NCBI GenBank assembly: GCA_965637545.1
Contig: OZ281497.1
Location: 15,190,001-15,254,000, forward strand
Length of the DNA: 64,000 nucleotides
Source of the DNA: Phallusia mammillata
Lineage: Eukaryota
Direction: 5' to 3'
Positions 1 through 12,631 of the stretch are shown piece after piece. Under the pieces are notes generated by a model, which was not told the origin of the DNA, did not search any database, and saw only the letters and a program-made list of their open reading frames with translations. The first letter of the stretch is position 1; the number at the start of each line of letters is the position of its first letter. A program made the translations under genes and the position numbers.

Positions 1-648
1 GTCACGTACTGGGCTGTGTGCAGGCAATCCTAACGCAGGACTGAGGGGTATTGGTAGTACGACTGCCAACCCTAAAGTAACCGTCATATATTATCGAACA
101 TTTCTTTACCAGTAAATGAATATTGGTTACAAAATGAAGCACAAAAAACGTGTACCGTGATATAGACATCAAAAATACATGAATATTAAATGCCCATGTT
201 TAACCTATTTTGCTGCATCGTGGGACGATTGCATTGACGTTAGTATTTTTTTAAACGACAATGTACGTTTTTATCGACGTGACATTGCAAAACCAATAAT
301 TAAAACATGACACATGTAATTAAAGCAGAACGTAATATAAGAAGCAACAATCGCTACAGTCATAAACCAACAAGGGTAAAAAACAAAATACAATATTAAA
401 ATTATAAAAAAAAGTTTTTGTACATACTGCTCATTTTAGGAAATACTGTTGGAAATCATGTTGTATAACACTTAACTCGACGTCGAATATATATAACTTT
501 ATACACATTACGTTGCTAAAGTCGACAGTCATATGTAAATTAACTTTAAAACGATTGCAGTGAGTGGTACTATGAATATCAACTAGACATGCTGCTAAAC
601 GTATTTAAAACCCGGTTTGATAAACCGTTCTATGAAGTAAACTTGTGC

Positions 649-2542
649 TTAAATGGATGCCCGTTTCTTTCGAATAGTCGCGTGTGTGCTGCTTTTTGGA
701 CTTTCAGGGGCTGACGAGGGTTGATGTGATTCTTGGCTGTTTGTGTGTGTTGAAATGTTATCGAAGGTGAACTTGTACGGGCTCGGATTGAGACGTGAAC
801 CATTATCAAAGCGGGTCTCCGCCGCTCGCTTTAATCCAGGTGAAATGTCGCTTACGTTTGGTGCATAAGAACCCTTCGCAAATCCCAGCTGTGATTGATT
901 GCGCTTCGACGTTGGGCCACAAATCGGAAACAATATTTCGCGCCATTTGCTGTATGTCGCTATCAGACACAGCTGGTTGACAACTATATTAAAGTTGTTC
1001 ATTGTGCTGATAAGCAGCAGTGGCGTGCCAACCCCGAAGAGCAAGGCAACTGTAACCATCGTTACGTCTGATATGATGCACATAGTGGTCCACATTACAG
1101 CGCGAATAACTGATTGCTGCATTCTTTTACTTAACATGTGCGTGGATGTGTTGACACGCAATTCCGATTTTCGACGACTGGATGCTGAAACACCAGGACC
1201 GTCTTTACTCTCCGAAAACCTTCTGCCGAAGAGTCGACCTTTTAGAGATCGATAAGGAGCATATAGTTTTGCCGCATGCAAGCCCAGGTTTTTTTGTCCA
1301 TGTTGTTTCTTTTCACCATTTATCTGCACAAAAATGTGGCCGTTATACCTTGCATGTTCTGCTAAAAATAAAGGACAAAATTGCTGCTAAACACGTAAAC
1401 AAAATATTTTCCTTTGACGATGATTACCAAGTCTCTGGACAACAAACAAACAATTATGGCATGTTGGCGGCGGTCCTATTCTATTACTTCCTACTTGAAG
1501 TACTTACCGACGCCGGTGATGATGCTGCTCCCTGGGGAGGTTGCCCTGGCGGTGCCAAAAAGCTGTCACGTGAAATACTTCTTCCGTCAGCTTTGTAGAC
1601 GTCAAACTGAGATGAACGAAATGCGCTGGACCTGCGACTGTGGTGAGAAGGGCTTGGCGACGGACATGCAACCCTGCCCATTCGATAAGCATCGATTTTT
1701 CGTCTCACGAGCGGATAGAGAAAAAGACCCAAAAGTGATAACTGAAATGTCGAGGTCAGCGCAATATAGAAGAATATAGGCAAGGCCTCGTGTGTATTTG
1801 CTATGTCGTATACAGCGACACAGCCAAGGTAGTAAATTCCAACCCCGTCATCTGCTCTGTACTTAATGGGAATAAGATGAAACACAGACAGCACGAGGAG
1901 TAAGGTCATAATAACTATAGGCAAATAGCGACTAAACCGAATCAAGTGCTTTCGGTAGATTAGGTTTTTGACCGCCGGATTGTGGTAAAACATCCACTGT
2001 CGCACCCACAAAAACCCGTAAACGCAAACCATCGTTGAACCGTACAAACCAACCTCTGTGATATCGTTTATCACTTCACAAGCATCGTCAGATCTTGCAT
2101 CCCAGGCGTAAAAGAACTTTACTTGGTCGACGAGGCATTTTAGTAGCGCTGAAGAAGACGCTCCAAGACCAAATATAAACATCCAACGTCGATACGAACG
2201 TTCTCGTGAATTAGTACCCCGATTTGGTGGACCTTGAGGCACCGGGTCCACTGCTGTATTCCGACGACTGTTATTGTTTATTGATGCTATTCGCGATGCT
2301 GTGCTGCCCCATTGGGAATCGTTGCGCTTACGTGCACTTTTACTGAAGTACTGTTGACGAGATTTCGACTGTTTCCACCAAAACAATGACAAGCACACGA
2401 TGAAGTAGATGTCAAATAAGGAACAAACCACTGTCACGACCTGACAGGCAACCCATAGGTCATGTCCGCTTTCGACAAATCGCTGTACAGGCAAGAGTGT
2501 CCCTGTGGTATTTAGCTGTTCAAGCTTGGCTGATTCTGTCAT
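649..2542 (-). CDS. Orphan 7TM GPCR-like protein, paralogue 1; complement(join(649..1323,1508..2542)), ~569 aa
   Basis: ORF 1484..2542 carries TM1-5 (WVACQVVTVV..., YGFLWVRQWMFYHNP, FQLSLLGLFLYP); ORF 649..1329 carries TM6-7. A phase-0 intron joins them in frame: donor TCG|GTAAGTA at 1507, acceptor TTTTGTGCAG| at 1324. Cys at the top of TM3 and in ECL2. Confidence 0.85.
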
Positions 2543-4388
2543 CTTCTTATTCTTTCCAACATCATAAATTGTTAAAAACGTTTTTTACAACAGCTTGTAT
2601 CAGACCTAAAGTGAACGCTGCATATAACAGATCAACTTGTTACAATTGGCAGGCACTGATATTTAATTAGATAAGCGATGTGTCATACTTGTCCAATGAA
2701 ATGATGACGTATAACAACACGTAAGCTTTTGTGTCGTATAGGGTAGTCATAAAAACCAAAAGTTTTATGAACCACCATACAACCTTTGTGATTGCCTTAA
2801 TCGCGCTGTGTAAACATCTGGTAGATGATAACTTCAACTAGCACATTAATAACGTATTGTTCTTCAAAGCATAGTAGCTGTTTAATTGATTTATTCTGGT
2901 CAATGCCGTGGTCTTGGCAGACATTCTTTGGTCTATAAATCATAACAGCAAAAGTTGTGGCTACATCATCTTTAACACTACAGGCAGCAGTTTAAGACAA
3001 ATTTAACACACTTTTTATGTGCAAGTACAACAATAACAAACTGATCTATTCATCGCTCAAACACAGCAAGCCTTGTACCCGCGTACACTATTTCCTCCTT
3101 CTCCTATAGACGTCGGCTTGGTTGGTGCTTATTATTTTGGCACTAATTTCCATTTCATGCAATGAGTCGAATTTCGTTATACAAGTTCTAAAACATTATA
3201 TCTCTTGGCGTGTTGCATATTAAACAAAGAACGTGGAAAATGCAATACTTTCATTAAAAAGTGTAAAAAGACATCAACACTTGTCCCCTAACTTCTAAGG
3301 CGCCTTGTGAAGTTTCTGCTGCTTTTAAAGTAGTAAACAAGTCAGTTTTGCATTCGCAAAATGAAAACAAACTGGTGTGTGGCGACGTTTCATTGATGCA
3401 GTTCAATTCGTGACGTGGCGGACGTTTATATCCTGTTACCAAATTTTGCCCCCAAAACACACAACGGAGCTGGTTGTTGGGTTACGACGTTACGTACTAC
3501 GATCATACGCATTGACTACGGGTATAACTTCTCTTAGCAATAGCTGTACTGTAGTTTAACATATTGCACCCAGCTGCATAGTCCAGGTACTTCAACTTAC
3601 GCGATTCACTGCCTAAAAACACATGCGGCAAGACAAAACACTTATGTGGAACCAAACACAGACAAATGTTTTAGGTTGGCAGGCTGGCTACCACTAGCGA
3701 AATATAAGCTTAACTTTTGACTGTGTGATAGAAATACAGTACCAGACACTAACTATACAATGCTTGTGTAAAAATTCTAAATACCTTATGTCTGGCTCAT
3801 AGTCAAATACCTAGTCGCCCAACATTACCTCACAAGACATTAAAAACCCTGAATGTGTAAATTATATAAAAGGGAGTTAAACAGAGTAAGGTGGATTAAC
3901 TTCGATTGAATTCGTGTCCGATAGTTATTTGCCAAGATAATAGGGATCATTTTAATTCCTTTAGGTTGTATTTCTTTGATGTCTGCCTGGTTGGTCACGA
4001 TTTGGCTTTAACTGCTGTTTCAACATCAACGTAATAACTCGCAACCGAGAAGTTATAATGAGCCATACAATAATTTGTTGCGTGAATCGCTGGTGCATTT
4101 TGTGTCATGATTTGTATCATTTCCAACAATATATCACCAATTTGGACCACTCGTTGACAGCACATAAGTGTGTTACATTTATTACCAGCCTAGGTATAAA
4201 ATTTTGCATGAGGGCGATGTTACTGTGCACACATTTGCGTCAAAATCAAGATAGAGATACGAAAAGAGCAAACATAAACTGAAAATCGAACTGAAAAACA
4301 CTGAGGTGTATATAGGGCAAAACGTACATGAACACAATACAAAAAGTAGAAAAAAGAGGAAAAAATTAACATGCACAAAAAAATCAAT

Positions 4389-5876
4389 TTACGTGCATAA
4401 GTTCGCTGCGCGTTTGCCGAAAAAGATTATTTTCCAAGTGGCGTAGGTAAGCACAATGCAGTAGTTACCTACCACTGTGAATGCAACCTGGGCCACCACC
4501 CCGGTCACAAACAAATCACTTCCATTCAAAGCATTGGTTAACGCAAATCCCACAGCGGATGCTATGTAAATGGCAGCGGCCGCAACTGCACGACGAACCG
4601 CGGCCGTTTCTTGCGCCTCTTCATTGGTTGCAGGAACATCACCATGACGATGTATGCATGCATGCACTTTTCCATGTAACGTTTTCAGTTTAGAAGCTTT
4701 ATTCGACGCTTCATCGGTTAGTGTGTTAAAGATGTGATCAGTTCGTTTATCTTGCTCCGCTGTTACACAGCTTGGTGACCTTGTGTATTGAATATTGCCT
4801 GTAGCCCGTTGCGGCTGTTCGGTTTGTGAAGGTGCTTTCCCTGGTTCCAGCGATATGGCCGCATTAGTAGATGTCGTAACGGGTAGTTTCGTGTCAATTT
4901 CCTGCCCTTCATTTGCATTTGTAACGACTCCATTGAAACTCATACCCTGTGACGCAGTTCGAGTGAAACTCAACGTTCCCGATTTCTGCGTGGACTCCCG
5001 CGCTGCCCGAAACCTGCGTACTTCTCGCAAGATGAATGGGTAAACGAAAAGTGCAAGTAAAAGAATTTGAAAGAAAAACAACAGGAAAATTTGAACTGGG
5101 GGCAACACATCAGGAGGCAATTGGGATTTCAAAATCGGCCAGCAGCTTGTAAACATGCCGTTCATCGCAGAATTTACAGCTGGCGCAACAAACAACAACA
5201 TGCTAACAATGATCAAAAGCACCCCCGCTAAACGACTCATCCATATAAGAACGGGGCTGTACAGAATTTGATACACGACTGGATTACTGTAGAACAGCCA
5301 TTGCCGAAGCCACAAGAAGCCAAGGACTGCTGACCGTGCCAATGAGTTAATTAGATAAATGAAGAAAACCAGCCATCCGGTACAAAGCACACTAATTTGC
5401 CCTGGAGCGACTGACTGGTATTGTTGCATGTCCACAAGCTTCAATATCACCAGGCAGTTGCTGACGATGTTTAACAGTGGGGCTAAAATGCACAACCTTG
5501 TCATCCAGCGTTGACTTCTGAGTTGACTTGAGCTGCTTTTACTTTTTGAGTGATTAGACAGTGCCTTGCTGTTATGTTCACGAAGCTTCTTTATGTGACG
5601 TCCCAATTCAGAAGGTGATCGGTTTTGCCTTTGTTTCTCCCGCAGTCGCAAACTTGCATCATAAGCTCTAATCTTCTTTCGCTTTTTTAGCCACTTTCGA
5701 TATTCTGTATAAATCAAACGAACGGCCAGGTATAAGTCCAACACCAGACTTACTGCGCATACACTAAGATTGCTGACAATAGAGTGTTTGTATTCCTTTG
5801 GTATCCAAGTAATGTAACTTGTTGAGTTGGTCCCGTTTCCACCTTGAAATACCTCATAATCATGACCCTCAACCAT
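4389..5876 (-). CDS. Orphan 7TM GPCR-like protein, paralogue 2; intronless CDS, 495 aa
   Basis: Single ATG-to-stop ORF with 7 hydrophobic segments, N-terminal N-glycosylation sequons (NGT, NST) and family motifs GFLWLRQWLFYSNP and FQILLLALFVYP. Long basic ICL1 and long ICL3. Confidence 0.87.
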   Translation of the reverse strand: MVEGHDYEVFQGGNGTNSTSYITWIPKEYKHSIVSNLSVCAVSLVLDLYLAVRLIYTEYRKWLKKRKKIRAYDASLRLREKQRQNRSPSELGRHIKKLREHNSKALSNHSKSKSSSSQLRSQRWMTRLCILAPLLNIVSNCLVILKLVDMQQYQSVAPGQISVLCTGWLVFFIYLINSLARSAVLGFLWLRQWLFYSNPVVYQILYSPVLIWMSRLAGVLLIIVSMLLFVAPAVNSAMNGMFTSCWPILKSQLPPDVLPPVQIFLLFFFQILLLALFVYPFILREVRRFRAARESTQKSGTLSFTRTASQGMSFNGVVTNANEGQEIDTKLPVTTSTNAAISLEPGKAPSQTEQPQRATGNIQYTRSPSCVTAEQDKRTDHIFNTLTDEASNKASKLKTLHGKVHACIHRHGDVPATNEEAQETAAVRRAVAAAAIYIASAVGFALTNALNGSDLFVTGVVAQVAFTVVGNYCIVLTYATWKIIFFGKRAANLCT

Positions 5877-6725
5877 TTTCGACTTTGACTATTTGATTCT
5901 GTAGGCTGCCTTACACTTGAAGTTATACGACCGAAAACAAGTCAAGTAGTTTACGAGTGCATTTGCTGTCTAAGTCGGACAAGGGCTAATGTATCGTACA
6001 CTCAACGTTTCCGTGACAAAATGACGCAACCGCACTTGAATGGATGCCAGCAGCAGTTACGTGCGCCTTTTTTGCCTTCGTTATCTGATTCTAACGTTTC
6101 AATGGGAGAAAATCTCCAATTCATGGCGTCATTTCGATGACGCAGCAGCCAGCGAAAACAACCTCAGCGTAAAAGTGGGGCAAAGAGAACAGCACTTACA
6201 CGCATAAACGATTATACATGCAAAATATGTTTTGAACAATAACACATTATTTAACGCACTAAGTAAAAAAATATGTTGCCTATATTGTTCAACTTGGAAC
6301 CGGCCGGCAAAATGACTGAAACTCGGTCCACTTTGAAACTGTACATACGTTTGCGAAAAGAAAACATTTGCAGGAAAAATATTTTTACTGGTATTACTGA
6401 AAAACATAATATGTAAACAGACAGTTTCAAAAAGTCTCTTAAATAAGTCACTTGACCTATACCCAAAACGTAAAGTGAGCGATTTTTGCGGTAATGTTAT
6501 GTTTAGCAACGTTTATGCAACAACGTAAGGCCTCAAAGCAGTAAAATAATTTATAGTGACAGTTATTCTTAAGCTTCGTCCTATGGCTGATTATACTACT
6601 TTTCATCATCATTACGTTTCATTGATTCATGCATCTAGGTTATCCCCGTGAGTGGTTTTTCGAACAAACATATTTTCGTTAGTTGCGTTTGCGGGAGATT
6701 TACCGAATCGGCTTAGTTTAGGTTC

Positions 6726-7097
6726 GACCGAAACCGAATGTTAGGCAGTTTTGTCGTATAAATTCGTCAGAATTCACCAAACCATTTATGACCTTTTGCG
6801 AAGTCTTGACAGGTAAACATAGGTTTTTCTACCAGGCATACAGCGGTGTTACACAATACAATAGTTGTGTTTCATTATTATTTTAATTTTGTGGGGTTTA
6901 GGGGTTCCTTGGCCATCATTGCCAGCCTACCAATGAATTTGTGTTAAGAGTGGGAAAAACGATAAAGTTTTGAAAAACATAATAGTTAGACGCGATTTTA
7001 GTTACGGCGTAGTTGAAAGATTGTTTGGTACCTTTTTAAGCAGAAAAGACACATTTTGCGCTTTAAATTTTCGTTCGTAAAAGATTCGGTTTCGGCC
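6726..7097. mobile_element. Degenerate MITE-like relic with short inverted repeats
   Basis: GACCGAAACCGAAT (6726-6739) versus ATTCGGTTTCGGCC (7084-7097), 13 of 14 inverted match. No TSD recognised. Confidence 0.4.
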
Positions 7098-7212
7098 AAA
7101 TCGCAACGAATTATTAAGCATTACTACATTAGACCGATCAACATGGAACTGCAGGTTTTTATGAGAGTTCACTTCGCCACACGCTTAAAGAATTGAACTG
7201 ATATGTTTATTA

Positions 7213-7749
7213 CAGTGGCTCCCAACCGCCGGTCCGCGTAAATATTTTGCCGGTCCGCCAATTATCTCACTTTATGCCAAGCTACTTTTTAAAATAGAAT
7301 GATAAGTAGGCCTATTGCTTAGTTGTTGGTGCATGCAAAAATTATTTTACGCATGACTGTAAAACTGGGGTAGCTCTCCATCGTTGATACCCGCAAATTG
7401 TTTAATAAGCTTTTGTGACGTTTATGATTGTTTTGTCATAAACTGTGCCTAGCATTCAACAATTTTTTGTAAAACGAAGTTATTCTTCGCTTTTGAGATA
7501 GCATTGATTTTGTATGTAAATGGATTTGCGTTTTGTTGTTTGAGTTGACTTGATTTCCGTTTGGTTGTTATTTTACGCCCTAAATACACAGGCTATGACT
7601 AAATTTTGCATTATGTTGCGCAGCGACAACTTTGGTGAACAAAAAGCTTACAAATATCTGTTGCATTCACTACGATCTTTCGTTGCCGGTCCGTGGATTT
7701 TTTGACATTTTCCCACAGTCCCACAGTGTAGAAAGGTTGGGAACCACTG
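7213..7749. mobile_element. Non-autonomous hAT-superfamily MITE, 537 bp
   Basis: Terminal inverted repeats CAGTGGCTCCCAACC / GGTTGGGAACCACTG (14 of 15 match). Perfect 8-bp target-site duplication GTTTATTA at 7205-7212 and 7750-7757. No coding capacity. 8-bp TSDs and CAG.. termini are typical of hAT elements. Confidence 0.9.
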
Positions 7750-9049
7750 GTTTATTAGAATTCTCTGGGACTGAACACAGATGATGTGGTTATTAAGCCT
7801 TTTAAATCTGCTCCTGATACATTACTGCATATTAAACAACGTGTGTTGCCGTCAATGTACTTTGCCAATTTAAACCCAATTCGTTCAACGTAAATTCAAA
7901 AACTACATTTACAGAACCACCAGGCGAACCGTTCAAAAGTTCAAAGCAATTAAATAATTCATCCCGGCAGTCATTATTAACCTTCGTCCTATGGTCGGCT
8001 GTTATGCTACTTTTCATCATCATTACGTTTCATTGACACTAAGCTATGACACTACTACTATGCACTGCACAAAAACTTTTTTCTATTAACTTTGTCTTTT
8101 AAACTCAAAAAAGTACAAAAAAGAAAAACTTAACCAAGCTCCGCCACTTAAAAACACTCTAATTTAACAAAAATATTTTGAGTTTTGGTAGCATTTTGAA
8201 ATTGCTCGAGATTGAAAAAAAGTAAATAACTAGCTTTACTTTCTGCCAAAGTTCTATAAAATAGCTTAGCATGATGTTTGTCGCACCTTACTGTTACCAA
8301 TACTGTCGTGGCGCCTGTCACAATAGAACCGTCACCGATAATAATAATCGCATGTGTGAACTCGCAGCAACTGCCTGAGTTCTCCATCTATAGCGCGCTA
8401 ACTAAAACTCCCCAGAGATCTTAGGCGACCCATCACCCTGATGCTGAATGAGTTGACTGATGGCAGTTTCCACATTTAATTTAAATTTAAACAAGTGCCT
8501 TAAATAACCTTCCACCATTCACAAGTTATTAAGTTTAAAGTCAGGTCAAGGCTGTTAAAAACTCGTGTAAATGGAAATTGAACTCAATACAAAGCATTTT
8601 TTTGAAAAAAGACGATTCTTAAACGCTTTACACGAAATACGGCAATAAAAAACAACGCCAGTACAAGGATAACACTGCGTCCTCAGTCATCGATATCATA
8701 ATGACGGTACGTCACAACAACAAAAATGGACGTCGCAAGTAATATGATGACAACACAAATTATGGTAGTGAAGAATTGTTTGCTGTTCTTTTATTGAATC
8801 GAGACTTTAATCGTTGGCATTTTTAAAGTCAACCAACTCAATTTACTTCAGGTTTGCACCTTCTCAGAGTTCATAGCTGAAACTGGGCGATAGTTTGCAC
8901 TGATTAAAGGGTAAAATGCTCATTTGCACAGATAACCGGAAAATCAATTCTAAAGCAATTGCGCCTCCGAGTGTGACAGGCAGTGATCTCAATCTCTTCG
9001 AGCAGAAACACTTTAAATGCACATTTAGTGCCAAGTCGGTTTCCCCACG

Positions 9050-11478
9050 TCAAAGATGCTTACTGTCAAAGATCCACAACTTTGACTTGGCAAGAAGTGA
9101 CGCTGCGACCTTCTCGTTTTTCTGTTTAAACGATGACGTGCGTGATGTCTGCATAACCAGAGACGAGGATCTCTTGCGTTGGCGCTCGGGTCTCGCCAGT
9201 TGCAGGACACTGTCTGAATAGTTTTGCAAGTCCGGGTCGATGTTTTGATTTAAATCAGCGAGTAGTGACTCAGTGTACCAGGCGTTCTCCTCTGATTCGT
9301 TCGACTTTCCAGACACGTGGCATTCAAGCATCGGGAGCAGCACGTCTGGCACTGGGTCTGGGACTTGTTTCTCGGGCTTCTGCTGAACTGGCATTTTGTT
9401 TGACTTATAGCGGATTGAGCTTACGCCACTCCTTTCCATGTTTGACATCGTATCAACAGAAAAGACCCGCCGCATCCGCCTGTCTGTCCTGTTGATTATA
9501 TAAATGCCCGTGGTGCCAGGTCTTGAACGGCGCGGGCAGTTCGACATCCAGTCGAACATTGTCCGGCAGGTGTCAGTGTAGAGCCATGGAAATAGCATGA
9601 CTCGCCAACGACGAAACGTCATGATTATGCAAATAAGGTTGATAATGAGATTGATGTCATACATGGCTAAAGGCGCAAAAGCCGCACTGGGAAAGCTGTT
9701 GTACACAGTTTTGACCAGGATAGCAATGGCGACGTCGGACAGAATACATAGTCCAGCTAATACAAACGACCTTCGTATGAGAGTAAGCAGACCAACGCTA
9801 CCGCTTCGCATGTGGTTTGATCTCACTGCTCGCAGCTTATTGTCCATGATCGGATACAAGAATAAGGCGAGGAAAGACATCTAAAAGACAGAAAAAAATG
9901 TTGAAGAACCTAAACCAAACTAAAATAAATGAAACGACATAGTTTTTTCACAGAGCCAATTTGTATGCGACAGACATCAAATGAAAACAACCCAATTTAC
10001 TTCTAAAATTTGTTATAATTACGTCGCGTTGCCCTTAAACCGATAAAATTTTAGGTGGGCTACAAAAACTCACTGAAGTTCCATATTTGATACTTGACGT
10101 TCTTTGCAATAACATTAAACGATACATACCTGAATGCCGCCTCCCAAAAGTCCCGCCAGCGTATTTACTATGACCCCTTGCCGTCGACGTCCTTCGCCAT
10201 CAGGGAACGTGTAGTTCTCTTGACCTGTGGTAGTTCGCATGTCTTCCAGTATTGTGTAGTGACAGACTCGACCACTTGCGCTGTTTTGTGGGTCCACTAC
10301 AAATATCACCATCGATACAATGGTCACTGCTATGAAGCACACAAGGGCCGCCCAGCTTAGAAATCGAACAGTTTTGCTGTACAGATGCTTCAATGCTCGA
10401 TTTGAGTAGAAGATGCGCTGTTAAAAAACATATCGAGATAAAATTAATTTGCTGTTGAGAACAAATCGAGATAAAAGGTAAATTACACATTGGTGAACTT
10501 ATGTTTGAATATGTTTCTTTGTGCTTAGTGTTTGAACAGATTTATAGATTTCAGAACGTTATTTAAATCGCATTATTTGCCATTAGAAATATGTTTTTGT
10601 AAAGGCAACTGGCTTTTCCAACACAATAGTTTTTAGTTATACGGTGTTAAATGTGTTTTTTTGTGAAAACCTCGTTTTTATGGTGGACATAACACATGTC
10701 GTATTATGTTTTCCTGGGGTTACTGACAAAATAAGCAGTTCAGTCACCAACGTGAATCATAAAAACAAATCTACATCTTACCTGGCGAACCCACAGGAAG
10801 AAGTACACAGGGTGTATTGTGACAAAGTACATCGCTATGCTAATGTTGATCAGGATGGAACACCTTGAACCCGATATCCAACCAGTGAAAAGCAGAGCTT
10901 GATTATTTGCAAATCGAACCAGGGCGAAGAGAATACCAATGATACAAAGGTTCTCCAACCAAATGCCTCCCTTCCGGTGACGATCTGTTGAACAAAATGT
11001 TTAGATGTTTGTTTTATTCAGGTATAAACTACGTCAAGCTCGCTGGAAGCTAATTACGTCCAGCTCATGTACGAGACGATTAATCTATTGCATTTGCATC
11101 TGGTCATTTTTAAGTATCTATAACCACTTCGGTAATTTTATCGTATCACATTAATGATGGAAATTTGCTTCAAGCTTCGTTTACCGCTTTAGTTGATATA
11201 AAGGTATTACCTGACAATTTTGGGTGTCTCATCTTAATTGCTCTATAATGGAGCAGCGCATAGAGCAAATAGAGAGCCATGATCACACAACTCAAATGAA
11301 TGACTTCACACGCGATCCAGGCCGTATTGCCGAAAGGGACCATCCTGGCGTCGTAATCCAAGCGACCAGAAGTCATTGCCATGGTCCTTTTGCGACTCAT
11401 TGTAGCTGCCATGGCGTCAGTCGCGTTATTGACAGCCAATGTCGGTTCCGTTGCAGAAATAATCTCGGCGCGCGTCAT
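9050..11478 (-). CDS. Orphan 7TM GPCR-like protein, paralogue 3; complement(join(9050..9880,10130..10417,10782..10984,11211..11478)), ~529 aa
   Basis: Four ORF fragments join with canonical GT/AG sites and consistent phases (1,0,0). Splicing rebuilds family motifs across the junctions: FFLWVRQ|RIFYSN and GGGIQ|MSFLALFLYP. The start ATG at 11478 is the first in-frame ATG; an upstream 5'UTR exon ending near 11907 is possible. Confidence 0.83.
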
Positions 11479-12481
11479 TTCGGAATGCGTCACAGCGCCA
11501 CGGTGGGGATGTTGGTGTGGGAATATTTAGTATTGCTTTACAACTTACAAAATTGACTTTACACTGTGGAAACAAAAACATTAAAATAATCTGATGCCCT
11601 TTTTTACCCCAAAACTAAATACATGACATGGTTTTATTTTTAGCTAAACAGTCACGACACGCATTACATACATTCCTGAACTTTAGAAACGGAGAAAAAA
11701 TATCGTCGTTTCAGAGTTTTAAAGTCAGCAAAAATGTCGAATCAATTTCTTCTCAATTCTAAACGAAAAAATCTGATTGACATAAACCATCTTTTCGACA
11801 ACATCTTAAACATCTACGTTGCCTTTACTGGTACATTGGAGTTGCTGCCTAAACTCAATCTCCTGTCACAAACAAACGGGTCTGGGTCGGTGGTGTCTCT
11901 CACTTACACAGTTCAACCTTTTTCCTACCGCAGCAGACGGGGTCGTGTCGCCGATTGCACCCAATCTGTTTTTTCTCTCGACTGACGACGGGCTCGCCAT
12001 GTCCAAAACAAGTTTTCCTCATTCTTGGCATGTGGAAAATCCGGAGGTTGACTCTTTTATGTCTGAACTCGTAAGCTGGACCGTGAACCCGTGATTCACC
12101 CGAGGTTTCACTTCCCAAAAAATGTTGAAGCGGTCGGTTTTAGTCATTACATCACGGTTAATTGCTCATTGACGAATTGAAATCTTTGCCGCGACATTTA
12201 AACATGTGGAACATTCTATTTTCACTTGTTTTGTGACTTATTTGGGTGCAGAGTTTCCTATGAGAGTAGTTCACCGTTTTTGAGAAAATTACATTCCTTT
12301 TCAAACTTCATATATTTGTACCTTTTACACAGTGCCCTTTGGTATTAATGAAACTTTAAAACACGAAGGTAATTGCTTGCAAAACAATTTTCTTATCTTC
12401 ATACATAATGCAATACCGTAAATCGATTTAATGGCGTTCGTCTGTTAGCAAATTAACAATTGATTACCAAAAACTATTCTT

Positions 12482-12631
12482 TTTCTTCAACCGGAAAATA
12501 CAAACAAAACGTTTCGACGCCTTCACCAGGGTATGCCAGCTACCCTACGCATGACTGCAGTCATTCTTATAACACTAATTTGGACGACGAAACGTCGGAT
12601 GTTTTGTTTCTATTTGCCGGTTAAACAGAAA
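12482..12631. mobile_element. Degenerate foldback element with a decayed hammerhead-like core
   Basis: Imperfect ~30-bp inverted arms (AACCGGAAAATACAAACAAAAC versus GTTTTGTTTCTATTTGCCGGTT). The minus strand reads CCTGGTGAAGGCGTCGAAACGT, which matches the 47796-47831 motif with stem II deleted. Confidence 0.55.

Larger units (their letters stand above)
6574..8036 (+). repeat. Pair of ~52-55 bp direct repeats (6574-6625 and 7982-8036)
   Basis: CTTCGTCCTATGG...TTAT(A/G)CTACTTTTCATCATCATTACGTTTCATTGA occurs twice, about 1.4 kb apart. Confidence 0.85.

Noticed and set aside
10-71. Possible minus-strand mini-exon VGSRTTNTPQSCVRIACTQP with AG/GT ends at the window edge
   Set aside because: Only 62 nt, with a vague sushi-linker resemblance and no neighbouring exon in view; not supportable.
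795-1779. Plus-strand ORFs 795..980, 899..1255, 1182..1598 and 1414..1779, and similar ORFs opposite the other 7TM genes
   Set aside because: Antisense shadows of the 7TM coding regions with no independent protein features.
8270-8480. ~65-codon open + frame ending ..ITLMLNELTDGSFHI, checked as a candidate vWA exon
   Set aside because: Resemblance to the vWA LITDG strand is superficial, and no convincing splice sites or other vWA motifs are present.
11991-12020. CTGACGA-C-GGGC-loop-GTCC-AAAAC hammerhead-like string
   Set aside because: The invariant G of GAAA is absent and no stem I can form.
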